DNA of 64,000 bases from an uncultured Gemmatimonadales bacterium (lineage in GTDB: Bacteria > Gemmatimonadota > Gemmatimonadetes > Gemmatimonadales > GWC2-71-9). The position numbers and the translations under genes are program-made. Under the pieces are notes generated by a model. The model worked only from the letters and a program-made list of their open reading frames with translations. It was not told where the DNA came from and searched no databases. Shown one piece after another: positions 9,260 to 18,456 of this stretch. The DNA is taken from the NCBI GenBank assembly GCA_963771275.1, contig CAVYSW010000003.1, positions 768,001 to 832,000 on the forward strand, given 5' to 3'. Numbering within the stretch: position 1 is the stretch's first letter; each line of letters begins with the position of its first letter.

Positions 9260-9288
9260 AACGTAGGCCCAGGATGCACCCCTGTCAA
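9260..9288 (-). promoter_or_regulatory. Sigma70-type promoter for the Ig/TolB - dehydrogenase - TPR operon
   Basis: Minus strand TTGACA-N17-TACGTT. Confidence 0.6.
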
Positions 9289-9399
9289 GCCGATTCGTCA
9301 CGGCCGGCGGCTCCGGCACTGGCGGCCGGCCACTTGCGAAGGCCCGAACGGGCCGCACACCTTTGGCGGCGATTCTCACGCGTCCCAACCGGAGGGAAG

Positions 9400-9759
9400 A
9401 TGCCCACCAGCGACCAGAGCATGACCGGGATCGGCGGCCCCGGCATGTGGGACCCGATGTCGATTCCGCCGGCCGTCAAGCCCGAGCCCGCCGAGCCGCC
9501 GATCTGGTCCGAGGCCTTACCGGCGCCTCCGGCGCCCGTTCCTGCGCCGCCGGCCCCGGCCGCGGCCGCGAAGAAGCCCGCCAAGCGGGCGGCCAAGCCC
9601 AAGAAGAAGGCGGCGCCGAAGAAGAAGGCGGCCAAGAGCGTCGCGAAGCGGAAGCCGGCCAAGAAGAAGGCGGTGAAGAAGGCCGCAAAGAAGAAGCCGG
9701 CGAAGAAGGCCGCCGCGCGGCGACCGGCGAAGCAGCGCCCCAAGGCGCGAAAGCGCTAG
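9400..9759 (+). CDS. Histone H1-like Lys/Ala/Pro-rich basic protein (119 aa)
   Basis: SD GGAGGG; Pro-rich N-half, then repeated KKPAK/KKAAK motifs. Confidence 0.8.
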   Translation: MPTSDQSMTGIGGPGMWDPMSIPPAVKPEPAEPPIWSEALPAPPAPVPAPPAPAAAAKKPAKRAAKPKKKAAPKKKAAKSVAKRKPAKKKAVKKAAKKKPAKKAAARRPAKQRPKARKR

Positions 9760-9788
9760 CCGCACCCGTTTTCCGGCGTTATCCTGGG

Positions 9789-9822
9789 GGGGCGGTCGTG
9801 TGTGCGGCCGCCCCTTCGTGTT
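9789..9822 (+). terminator. Putative intrinsic terminator after the H1-like gene
   Basis: GGGGCGGTCG-TGTGTG-CGGCCGCCCC followed by TTCGTGTT. Confidence 0.5.
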
Positions 9823-9856
9823 GACGTTCGACCTTTCGCGATCCGCCGAGGCGCGC

Positions 9857-11218
9857 ATGCTCCGCCGACCTGCCTGGCCGCCGCTGGTACTGCTTGGCGC
9901 CTTCCTGGTGACCGGTTGCCCGCAGCCCGGCAAGGGCAAGACCGCGTACGTCGGGGCGACGCTGATCGAGGGGACCGGCGCGCGGGCGGTGCCCAACGCG
10001 GTGATCCTGGTAAGCGACGGCCACGTGGAGGCGGTGGGCGGCGCGGACGAGGTTCCGGTGCCGCGCGGCACCAAGGTGCAGCACCTCGAGGGCCGCTGGA
10101 TCATCCCCGGGCTGATCGACGGGCATGCCCACGCGGAGCGCTGGACGCTCGGCCCGTATCTCTCCTACGGCGTCACCACGATTCGCGACATGGGTGGCGT
10201 GCAGGACAGTGTGGTCTTCTTGCGGGAGGACGTGCGGAACGGCACGGTGGACGGGCCCCGGTTGTACATCTCCGGCGCCATGATCGACGGCGCGCCCCCG
10301 ACCTGGCCCTCCGCAACGGCGGTGCGAACGCCAATGGACGCCCGCCGGGCGGTCGGCAACCGCGTGCTGATCGATGCGACGCAGATCAAGGTCTACACCA
10401 AGCTCACGCGCCCGCTGCTCGAGGCGGTGCTGGACGAGGCCAAGGCGTTGGCGACTCCGGTCGCGGCCCACCTGGGAAAGGTGGACGCGCTCACCGCCGC
10501 GCGCCTGGGGGTCCGCTCGCTCGAGCACATGAGCGGCGTCGTCGAGGCCACCGTGCCCGATCCGGCACCGCTGTTCGCCGCGCACGACGAGTTCTTCAGA
10601 GGATGGAACCTGGAGGAGGAGAGCTGGGCCCGGCTCGACTCGGCTTCACTCGATCGCACGGCCCGCGCCCTGGCGGCGACCGGTGTGGCGATCGTGCCCA
10701 CGCTGGTGTTGCACGAGGCGTGGGGGCACCTCAACGACCAAGCCTACGCCGCGTCGCTCGATCTCAGCGGTGTGCCCCAGGCCATGCGCGACGCGTGGAA
10801 CGTGCCCGACCTGATCAGACGCGCCGGCCTGCGCGACCAGGATTTCCCGGCGCTGCAGCGGTCGCGGCCCAACCAGGACCTGTTCGTGCGCCTGTTCCGG
10901 CGGGCCGGAGGCCGCGTCGTGGCCGGCAGTGACAGTCCCAACCAGCTGCTGCCCCCGGGCGCGTCGCTCCATCGCGAGCTTCGCCTCCTCGTCGCCGCCG
11001 GGCTGAGCCCCGAGCAGGCGCTGCTCGCGGCGACGCGCGACGCGGCGCGGCTGCTCGGCGCGGACAGCATCGGGGTGATCAGGGCGGGCGGCGTGGCCGA
11101 TTTCGTCGTCCTTGGCGCGGATCCGCTCACCGATATCGCCAACATCGATCAGGTAGAGCGCGTAGTTGCATACGGATTCCAGTACGATCCCAAGCAGCTG
11201 AGGAGCGGCGGCAAATAG
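9857..11218 (+). CDS. Amidohydrolase family lipoprotein
   Basis: Lipobox LVTGC; PGLIDGHAH, GVTTIRDMG, SLEH, AGSD, ADFVVL. Confidence 0.9.
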   Translation: MLRRPAWPPLVLLGAFLVTGCPQPGKGKTAYVGATLIEGTGARAVPNAVILVSDGHVEAVGGADEVPVPRGTKVQHLEGRWIIPGLIDGHAHAERWTLGPYLSYGVTTIRDMGGVQDSVVFLREDVRNGTVDGPRLYISGAMIDGAPPTWPSATAVRTPMDARRAVGNRVLIDATQIKVYTKLTRPLLEAVLDEAKALATPVAAHLGKVDALTAARLGVRSLEHMSGVVEATVPDPAPLFAAHDEFFRGWNLEEESWARLDSASLDRTARALAATGVAIVPTLVLHEAWGHLNDQAYAASLDLSGVPQAMRDAWNVPDLIRRAGLRDQDFPALQRSRPNQDLFVRLFRRAGGRVVAGSDSPNQLLPPGASLHRELRLLVAAGLSPEQALLAATRDAARLLGADSIGVIRAGGVADFVVLGADPLTDIANIDQVERVVAYGFQYDPKQLRSGGK

Positions 11219-11241
11219 GCGTAGTGGCAGGGAACTCAGCC

Positions 11242-12090
11242 ATGACGACGGGGACGGCACCGCGCTACGCGGAACAGCTCGAGCGGGCAGCGGAGTTCTT
11301 CCGCGAGCGCGACTCGTACGAAGGGGTGCTGGCACGCCGCGTGTTCGGCGAGCCCACGTCCTATGACCGCGAGCTGGCGGACCATCTGATCCGCGAGCGG
11401 CGGCGGCGGAGCCGGATGGACGGCAGCATCGCGGGGAGCCTCGTGCTCACCGCCCGCGCCCTGTGGGAGATCATGGAGCTGGGGGCCGACCGCGAGCATG
11501 CGGGCGTCGTGCGGCTGTCGGGCTACCTGCTGTCCCAGCAGGATCTCCCGGGGCGCTGGAGCGACGACGGGATGGCGGGGGACGGCTTCTTCTCCCCGGG
11601 CCCACGCGGCCGGCCGATCGCGCCCCTGGTGCTGCGGTCCGGCACGGTATTCGAGCATGAGATGGACGCCCGCTTCGTCGCCAGCTGTCTCGCGATGCGG
11701 GGCGTGCTCCGGGCCGGGCACGAGGGTCGCGCGCCGGTGCGCTCGCACCTCGAGCGGCTGCTGCGCCTCAAGCTCAACGATCCGCGGCTCGCGTTCGTCG
11801 TGCTCGGGGCCGTCGGCGTGGCGCCCCCCTCCTACCTCCCCCATGTCGACCCCCTGCTGGATGAGACCGCGCGCGGGCAGCGGCCGGACGGCACGTGGCC
11901 GGGTGTCACCGTGTTCCACGCGGTGGACCTGCTGATGAGCGTGCCGAACGCGCAGGCGCGCTCGCTCGTGACCCGTGCCGCCCCCCACATCGCCGGCCTG
12001 CAGACGGCGTCGGGCGCATTCGACCCGACCGACAACCAGGCGCTGGCCCTGATCGCCGTGCGGGCGCTGGAGGTAGCGCGAGGCGGGTAG
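11242..12090 (+). CDS. Hypothetical protein with prenyltransferase/squalene-cyclase-like QW repeats
   Basis: QQDLPGRW, GQRPDGTW and LQTASGAF motifs between helices; no DxDD. Confidence 0.65.
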   Translation: MTTGTAPRYAEQLERAAEFFRERDSYEGVLARRVFGEPTSYDRELADHLIRERRRRSRMDGSIAGSLVLTARALWEIMELGADREHAGVVRLSGYLLSQQDLPGRWSDDGMAGDGFFSPGPRGRPIAPLVLRSGTVFEHEMDARFVASCLAMRGVLRAGHEGRAPVRSHLERLLRLKLNDPRLAFVVLGAVGVAPPSYLPHVDPLLDETARGQRPDGTWPGVTVFHAVDLLMSVPNAQARSLVTRAAPHIAGLQTASGAFDPTDNQALALIAVRALEVARGG

Positions 12091-12110
12091 CGGGGCGCGG
12101 GCAGCTGGCA

Positions 12111-12133
12111 GCGTGTAGCGTGTGGCGTGTGGC
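12111..12133. repeat. Heptamer tandem repeat GCGTGTR
   Basis: gcgtgta gcgtgtg gcgtgtg gc. Confidence 0.6.
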
Positions 12134-12162
12134 GGGGGCTTCGCACCCCGTCATGTGTGGTG

Positions 12163-12192
12163 ACCCCGCGGCGGGCTTGCGCGGGGTTTGTG
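12163..12192 (+). terminator. Putative terminator hairpin
   Basis: ACCCCGCG...CGCGGGGT followed by a weak TTGTG tail. Confidence 0.4.
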
Positions 12193-12296
12193 CGTTCGGC
12201 CGGGAGGCGGTACGTTGGACTTCCGGCGGGTCGCGTGCATGACCTCGACGGACTCGACGTCGGAGGTATCATCCTCGTGGAGACAGAGGACGCGCC

Positions 12297-12950
12297 GTGA
12301 GCGAAGGTCGCCCCGCCCGAACACGACCGCAGTCAGTCGGCGAGGAGATCGCCAACAGCGTGAGCCACGGGACCGGCTTGCTGGCGGCGCTCGTCGTGGC
12401 ACCCTTCCTCGTCATCGGAGCCGCGCGACGGGGGAGCGCCGCCACGGTCGTCGGCGCGAGCGTCTTCGCCGCGACCGTCGTCGTCCTGTACCTGTCGTCC
12501 ACGCTGTATCACGCGCTGCCCCAGGCCGGGGCAAAGCGCGTGTTCCGCGTGCTCGACCACGGCGCCATCTTCCTGCTCATCGCCGGCACCTACACGCCCT
12601 TCACACTCGGCCCGCTCGCCGGCCCGTGGGGCTGGACGCTGCTCGGCCTCATCTGGGGCCTCGCGACGCTGGGTATCGTGCTGACCACGGTGAGTGGTCT
12701 CCGGTATCCGAAGCTCTCGACGGCCGTGTATGTCGGGATGGGATGGCTCGTGGTGATCGCGCTCCGCCCCCTGTGGCTGCACGTGCCCCTGGCGGGTCTG
12801 CTCTGGCTCCTGGCCGGGGGGATCGCGTACACCGCGGGGGTCGCGTTCTACGCCGCCAGGCGGATGCGCTACGGCCATTTCGTCTGGCACCTGTCGGTGC
12901 TCGCGGGCACCTGCTGCCACTGCATAGCGGTGCTCCGCTACGCGGGCTGA
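12297..12950 (+). CDS. trhA: Hemolysin III / PAQR family membrane protein
   Basis: EEIANSVSHG, STLYH, DHGAIFLLIAGTYTPF, HFVWH; 7-TM pattern. Confidence 0.9.
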   Translation: MSEGRPARTRPQSVGEEIANSVSHGTGLLAALVVAPFLVIGAARRGSAATVVGASVFAATVVVLYLSSTLYHALPQAGAKRVFRVLDHGAIFLLIAGTYTPFTLGPLAGPWGWTLLGLIWGLATLGIVLTTVSGLRYPKLSTAVYVGMGWLVVIALRPLWLHVPLAGLLWLLAGGIAYTAGVAFYAARRMRYGHFVWHLSVLAGTCCHCIAVLRYAG

Positions 12951-12981
12951 CGAGCGATCGCGTCAGGGGCCTGCGGGACTC

Positions 12982-13143
12982 ATGTCCAAGCTCTTTGCGG
13001 TGGTCGGAGCCACGATCGGGGGTGCCGTGGGGTGGTGGGTCGGCGCACGCGTGGGGACCATGACGGCCTTCTGCCTGTCCGTGCTGGGAACTGCGGCAGG
13101 GGTCTACGTCGGGCGCCGGCTCGCGGCCTCGCTCGCGCCGTAG
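12982..13143 (+). CDS. Small two-helix Gly-rich membrane protein (53 aa)
   Basis: Below the track cutoff; MSKLFAVVGATIGGAVGWWVGARVGTMTAFCLSVLGTAAGVYVGRRLAASLAP, with GGGA before the ATG. Confidence 0.7.
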   Translation: MSKLFAVVGATIGGAVGWWVGARVGTMTAFCLSVLGTAAGVYVGRRLAASLAP

Positions 13144-13348
13144 GGACAGCCCACTCGGCGCCATCCCGATGCGTGAAGTGGATCGGTGCGGAGGCTCCCG
13201 GTCCATCTGACCACGATTGCCGTCCGGTGTTCGCCGCGGCGGCGGCCTCCCGTTCCGCATCGACCTGTGTGGACTCTGCGTGCTCTATGGTAGACGATCG
13301 CCGATGGGTCATCGTGCCCGGGTCGGCAGCTGGTCTGGAGGGCTCCCC

Positions 13349-13918
13349 ATGTCTGAATTCAGCAATCCGATGTCCGCCGCAGCCAACGACGCGCAGGGCT
13401 ACACCCGGGCGGTGCTCGCTCTGTTGGGCAAGCAGGACCCGCTGGCGGTGCTCCGCGCCACCACGGACCGGCTGAGGCAGGCGGTCGCCGGCCACTCGCG
13501 GGACGAGCTGCGGCGCCCCGAACGGCCCGGCAAGTGGTCGGCGGTCGACGTGGTGCAGCACCTCGCCGACTCGGAGCTGGTGTGGGCATATCGCATCCGC
13601 CTCATCGTGGCGGACGATCGGCCGGTGATCACCGGCTACGATCAGGATCGCTGGGCCACGGCGCTCGCCTATCGAACAGTCGAGGTCGCCGATGCGCTCG
13701 AGCAGTTCGACGTGTTGCGCCGCGCGAACCTCCGCCTGCTCGCGGGGTTGCCGCCTGCGGCCCTGGCCCGGGTGGGACTGCACAGCGAGCGCGGCGAGGA
13801 GCGGCTCGATCACATGACGAAGCTCTACGCCGGCCACGACCTCGTGCATCTGCGACAGCTGGCGCGCATCTTCAGCGGTGTGCGGGAGGACCACAGCGAT
13901 CTACCGGAGGCTGGATGA
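13349..13918 (+). CDS. DinB family protein
   Basis: SD GGAGGG; GKWS..DVVQHLADSE, GYDQDRW, AGHDLVHL. Confidence 0.85.
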   Translation: MSEFSNPMSAAANDAQGYTRAVLALLGKQDPLAVLRATTDRLRQAVAGHSRDELRRPERPGKWSAVDVVQHLADSELVWAYRIRLIVADDRPVITGYDQDRWATALAYRTVEVADALEQFDVLRRANLRLLAGLPPAALARVGLHSERGEERLDHMTKLYAGHDLVHLRQLARIFSGVREDHSDLPEAG

Positions 13919-14418
13919 CGACCGTGACCTGGCTGCGCCGCGTGGTGCGGCGCGATCTCACGACCCTCGCGGCCCAGCTCGAGGCGTACCCCGACGAGCG
14001 CGACCTGTGGCGGGCCGTTCCGGGCATCGCCAATCCGGGCGGCGCGCTGGTGCTGCACCTCGCGGGCAACGTCCGCCATTTCATCGGGGCGCAGCTGGGC
14101 GGGACGGGCTACGTGCGCGACCGGGACGCGGAGTTCAGCCGCCGCGACGTGTCGCGCGCCGAGCTCCGCGACCTGGTCGCCGCGGCCCGCGCCGAGGTCG
14201 ACACGACGCTGGCCCGGCTCGACGACGGCGCGCTGGATCGGCCCTACCCGCTCGCGGTCGGGGGCGTTTCCCTGTCCGCCGGCCAGTTCCTCATCCACCT
14301 GGCAACCCACCTTGCCTACCACCTGGGGCAGCTGGACTATCACCGGCGGGTGGTGACGGGGGGCGGGAGCGTCGCCGGCATGCAGGCGACGAGCGCCCTG
14401 GCGCCCGAGAGCCCATGA
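13915..14418 (+). CDS. DinB / DUF1572-like protein
   Basis: ATGA overlap; LHLAGN...IG...GGTGYVRDRDAEF, HLAYHLGQLDYHRR. Confidence 0.85.
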   Translation: MTTVTWLRRVVRRDLTTLAAQLEAYPDERDLWRAVPGIANPGGALVLHLAGNVRHFIGAQLGGTGYVRDRDAEFSRRDVSRAELRDLVAAARAEVDTTLARLDDGALDRPYPLAVGGVSLSAGQFLIHLATHLAYHLGQLDYHRRVVTGGGSVAGMQATSALAPESP

Positions 14419-14561
14419 CGCGCGCCTGCGCCGGGATGATGGCGATCTACGCGCCGGACGCGCGCGAGATGTTGCCCGGCATGCCCGCCGCGGGAACCAT
14501 AGCCGGCAAGGCCGATCGCGGGCCGGACCGCGCGGACGCGTACCACGTGTGGGGCTCATGA
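14415..14561 (+). other. 48-codon ORF coupled by ATGA overlaps at both ends; possible remnant of an NTF2/DUF4440-like gene
   Basis: MTRACAGMMAIYAPDAREMLPGMPAAGTIAGKADRGPDRADAYHVWGS. Confidence 0.4.
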
Positions 14562-14983
14562 TGCAGCGCGACTACATCCTCCGCATGATCGAACAGGCCG
14601 CCACGGTCTTGCGGGTGCTGCTGAATCGTATGCTCAAGCGCGAGGTCGACCCGGCGGACCTCCAGCAAGGCCTGCGGCAGGCGGCCGCGCTCGGCGGGCT
14701 CGACATCGACCTGCTCCGATTCGGCGACGCCGACACGGTGCTCCTCATGGTGTCGCCCGGCGGCGAGCCCGAGCCCAGCCGCGCATGGGTCGCCGCCGAG
14801 TCCCTGTTTCTCGATGCCGTCGCCGCCCAGCTCGACCACCGACCCGACGACGCCATCGCGAGCTTCGCCAAGGCGCGATTGCTGTTCGGCCTCGTCGGCG
14901 CTGCCGCCGTGCTGCCGGGCGGTTTTCCCGAGGCGGGCGAGCGGATCCGCGAGATCGACGCGTACCTGGCCGATCTGGCGTGA
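14558..14983 (+). CDS. Helical hypothetical protein (DUF6483-like)
   Basis: N-terminal QRDYILRMIEQ motif. Confidence 0.7.
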   Translation: MMQRDYILRMIEQAATVLRVLLNRMLKREVDPADLQQGLRQAAALGGLDIDLLRFGDADTVLLMVSPGGEPEPSRAWVAAESLFLDAVAAQLDHRPDDAIASFAKARLLFGLVGAAAVLPGGFPEAGERIREIDAYLADLA

Positions 14984-15053
14984 GCGGCGAGCCTCTCTAT
15001 CTTCTCTCTGCTCCTTGCTCCTTTCCGCCCTCTTCCTGGCCCGAGGTCCGCCC

Positions 15054-18000
15054 ATGCGCCTGGCCCTGCTGCTGATCCCGCTGCTCGCCGCTCCCGCCGC
15101 CGCTCAGCGATCCGACTCGACCCGCCGGCCGCCGCCCGAGCCGCTGCGGTTCCGCTACGTCGGGCCGGAGAGCGCCGGCCGCATGGCGGCAGTGGCCGGC
15201 ATTCCCGGCGATCCCTCGACGTACTACGCGGGCGCCGCGTCGGGTGGGGTGTGGAAGACCACCGACAGTGGCCGCACGTTCACGCCGGTGTTCGACGGCC
15301 AGCCCGTGCAGGCGATCGGCGCGCTGGCGGTGGCGCCGTCGGATCCCAAGATCGTGTGGGCGGGCACCGGTGAGGCGTGGGCGATCCGCGACGCCGACGT
15401 GATGGGCGACGGGATCTACAAGTCGACGGACGCGGGCGCCACGTGGACCAACATGGGGCTCGCGGAGACGGGCCGCATCGGTCGGATTCTCGTGCACCCC
15501 ACGAATCCCGACATCGTGTTCGCCTGCGCGCTGGGCCGCGCCACGGGGCCGCAGCAGGCGCGGGGCGTCTACCGGACCGCTGACGGCGGCCGCAGCTGGA
15601 GCCGCGTGCTGTTCGTCGACCCGAACACGGGGTGCTCCGGGCTGGCGATGGACGCCAACGATCCCAGCGTGTTGTTCGCCGGCATGTGGGAAGTCGTGAT
15701 GCACACGTGGGCGATGTTCAGCGGCGGTCCGGGAAGCGCGATCTACGCCTCGCGAGACGGCGGGACCACCTGGAAGAAGGTGGTCCACCCTGGCCTCCCC
15801 AAGTCGCCCGTCGGGAAGATCGACGTCGCGATCGCGCCGTCGGACTCGCGGCGCGTCTACGCGCTGATCCAGACGGCGAATCAGGGATCGCTGTGGCGCT
15901 CCGACGACGGGGGGAGCGCCTGGCGCGTGGTGAGCTGGGATCGCTCGCTGATCGGGCGGGCCGGCTACTACATCCGCCTCGCCGTGAACCCGAAAACGCC
16001 GGACGAGGTGATGGTCGCGAACTCGAGCTTCCATCGCTCGACCGACGGCGGCCTCACCTTCCCGCTGACCGGTGGCTGCGGCGACTGCCATGACATCTGG
16101 ATCGATCCCACCAACCCGGACCGCTGGGTGATCACCGACGACCCCGGCATGAGCATCACGACCGATCACGCGGCGAGCTACACGCGGATCACGCTGCCGA
16201 TCGGGCAGATGTACCACGTGGCCGTGGACACGCGCGTGCCGTACTGGATCTACAGCAACCGCCAGGACGACGGCACGATGCGCGGCCCGTCCAACGCGCC
16301 GGTCCAGCCGGCGAACGTCCCCTCGTATCGCTCGGGCGGCGGGCGGCGGGGGTTCGGCGGGGGCGGGGGCGGCGGGGGCGCTGCGAGCGCGTGGGAAGGC
16401 CCGCTTGGCGGGTGCGAGTCCGGGTTCACGATTCCCGATCCCACCGACTCCGACGTCGTCTGGGCGACGTGCTACGGCAACACCGTGAGCCGCTACGACG
16501 CACGGCTCGGTCGCGCCCGCTCGGTGAGCCCATGGATCCACACGCTCGATTCGCCGCCGGACAAGGTCAAGTACCGCTGCCACTGGACGCCGCCGCTCGC
16601 GATCGACCCGTTCGATCACGAGACGGTCTACTACGGCTGCCAGGTGATCTTCAAGACGTCGAACGGCGGCCAGAGCTGGAGCGTCATCAGCCCCGATCTC
16701 TCCACCAACGATCCCGCCCGGATCGCGTTCTCGGGCGGCATCATCGGCGACAACCTCGGCCAGTTCTACGGCGAGGTCGTGTTTGCGATTGCCCCCTCCC
16801 CCATCCGGCGCGGGCTCGTCTGGGCCGGGACGAACGACGGCCAGATCTGGTACACCCCGGACGGCGGGACCCGCTGGACCAACGTGACCGAGAACGTCAC
16901 CGGCATGATGCCCTGGGGCACGATCCGGCGGATCGAGCCCTCGGTGTTCGACGCCGCCACGGCGTACGTCGCGGTGGACTATCACATGATGGATAACCGC
17001 GAGCCGTTCATCTACAAGACGACCGACCTCGGTCGGACGTGGACGCAGGTCCGTGGCGACCTGCCGTCGGGCCACCCGCTCGACTACGTGATGGCGCTGG
17101 CCGAGAACCCGAACCGGAAGGGCATGCTGTTCGCCGGGACGGGCCACGGCTTCTACTACACGCTCGACGACGGCGCCCATTGGACCGCGTTCGGCACCGG
17201 GCTGCCGGCGGCGCCGGTGACGTGGGTCGTCGTCGAGCCGACGTTCCACGACGTGATCGTCTCGACCTACGGCCGCGGCCTCTGGGTGCTGCGCGACGTG
17301 ACGCCGCTCGAGCTGGCGGACCGGCCCGAGGCGTCCGGCTCGCTGGTGCTCTACCCGCCCACCCCGGGCTATCGGCAGGGGCGGAGCGGGTACGCCGACG
17401 TCAGCTTCACCGTGGCGGCCGCGCCGGCCGATTCCGTACGGGTGGAGGTGCTGGACGCGGCGGGTGGTGTCATCCGCACGTTCAAGACGGTCGCGCGCCA
17501 GGGCCGCAATCGCGTGACGTGGGATCTGCGCTACGACGGACCGAGCCAGGTGGAGCTGCGCACGACGCCGCCCGACAACCCGCACATCTGGGACGAGCCA
17601 CGATTCAAGGACAAGACGACCCGCCCGATCGTCCACTGGGGCATCCAGAGCCCGCAGCGGGCCGGCCCGCTCGCCGCGCCGGGCGCGTACGCGGTGCGGA
17701 TCACGGCGAACGGCAGCTCGCAAACCCAGTCGTTCCGCGTGGTGCGCGCATCGGCCCTTCCCTCGTCGGACACCGACCTGGCGGCGTCTACCGCCATGCA
17801 GGTCCGGATCCGTGACGACATGAACGCCGCGGTGGACCTGATCAACCGGTTGGAGGTGATGCGGCGCCAGATCGAGGACCAGCGCAAGGCAAACGGCGGG
17901 AACGCCCGGCTGGCGCGGTCGCTCGGGGAGCTCGACCAGAAGATGATGGACGTCGAGCTGCGCCTGCTGTCGCGCACCGAGATGCACAGTGACGACAAGT

Positions 18001-18248
18001 GGTACGTCGAGCCATACCGGGTCTACCTCAACCTCGTCTGGCTCGCAGGCGACGTGGGAACCGGCGCCAGTGACCTGGCGGGCGGCGCCGACTACCGGCC
18101 GACCGACGCGGCGGTCGCCGCGCTCACGATGCTCGAGCAGGAGCTGGTGGCGGCACAGGCGGCGTTCACGCAGCTGGTGCAGCGGGACGTCGCGGCGTTC
18201 AACAGAACGATGGCCGGCAAACTGCCGGCGATCACGGATCAGCCCTGA
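15054..18248 (+). CDS. Secreted VPS10/sortilin-like BNR-repeat glycosyl-hydrolase-like protein
   Basis: Signal ending AAAQ; GGVWKTTDSG, GDGIYKSTDAG and many S/T-x-DGG-x-T/S-W Asp-box repeats. Confidence 0.9.
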   Translation: MRLALLLIPLLAAPAAAQRSDSTRRPPPEPLRFRYVGPESAGRMAAVAGIPGDPSTYYAGAASGGVWKTTDSGRTFTPVFDGQPVQAIGALAVAPSDPKIVWAGTGEAWAIRDADVMGDGIYKSTDAGATWTNMGLAETGRIGRILVHPTNPDIVFACALGRATGPQQARGVYRTADGGRSWSRVLFVDPNTGCSGLAMDANDPSVLFAGMWEVVMHTWAMFSGGPGSAIYASRDGGTTWKKVVHPGLPKSPVGKIDVAIAPSDSRRVYALIQTANQGSLWRSDDGGSAWRVVSWDRSLIGRAGYYIRLAVNPKTPDEVMVANSSFHRSTDGGLTFPLTGGCGDCHDIWIDPTNPDRWVITDDPGMSITTDHAASYTRITLPIGQMYHVAVDTRVPYWIYSNRQDDGTMRGPSNAPVQPANVPSYRSGGGRRGFGGGGGGGGAASAWEGPLGGCESGFTIPDPTDSDVVWATCYGNTVSRYDARLGRARSVSPWIHTLDSPPDKVKYRCHWTPPLAIDPFDHETVYYGCQVIFKTSNGGQSWSVISPDLSTNDPARIAFSGGIIGDNLGQFYGEVVFAIAPSPIRRGLVWAGTNDGQIWYTPDGGTRWTNVTENVTGMMPWGTIRRIEPSVFDAATAYVAVDYHMMDNREPFIYKTTDLGRTWTQVRGDLPSGHPLDYVMALAENPNRKGMLFAGTGHGFYYTLDDGAHWTAFGTGLPAAPVTWVVVEPTFHDVIVSTYGRGLWVLRDVTPLELADRPEASGSLVLYPPTPGYRQGRSGYADVSFTVAAAPADSVRVEVLDAAGGVIRTFKTVARQGRNRVTWDLRYDGPSQVELRTTPPDNPHIWDEPRFKDKTTRPIVHWGIQSPQRAGPLAAPGAYAVRITANGSSQTQSFRVVRASALPSSDTDLAASTAMQVRIRDDMNAAVDLINRLEVMRRQIEDQRKANGGNARLARSLGELDQKMMDVELRLLSRTEMHSDDKWYVEPYRVYLNLVWLAGDVGTGASDLAGGADYRPTDAAVAALTMLEQELVAAQAAFTQLVQRDVAAFNRTMAGKLPAITDQP

Positions 18249-18456
18249 CGCCGCCCTGCGGCTCGAATCGCTGTGGAAACGCGATCGCCGGCGGCGGTGT
18301 GACGCCGCGCGACTTCCCGGGTATCTACCGGTAGGTAGTCATGGCGCGACGGTACCCTTCATCGTCGGCGGGCTCGGTCGCCGTGTGTTCCAGAGTGCAT
18401 CGCCCGGGCGCGCGAGCGAGCCGGTGACCGAGTTACCCGCGTCGGGAGATCAGGTC

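Noticed and set aside
11242..12090. Terpene cyclase biosynthetic cluster
   Set aside because: No DxDD motif, about half the expected length, and no isoprenoid genes nearby.
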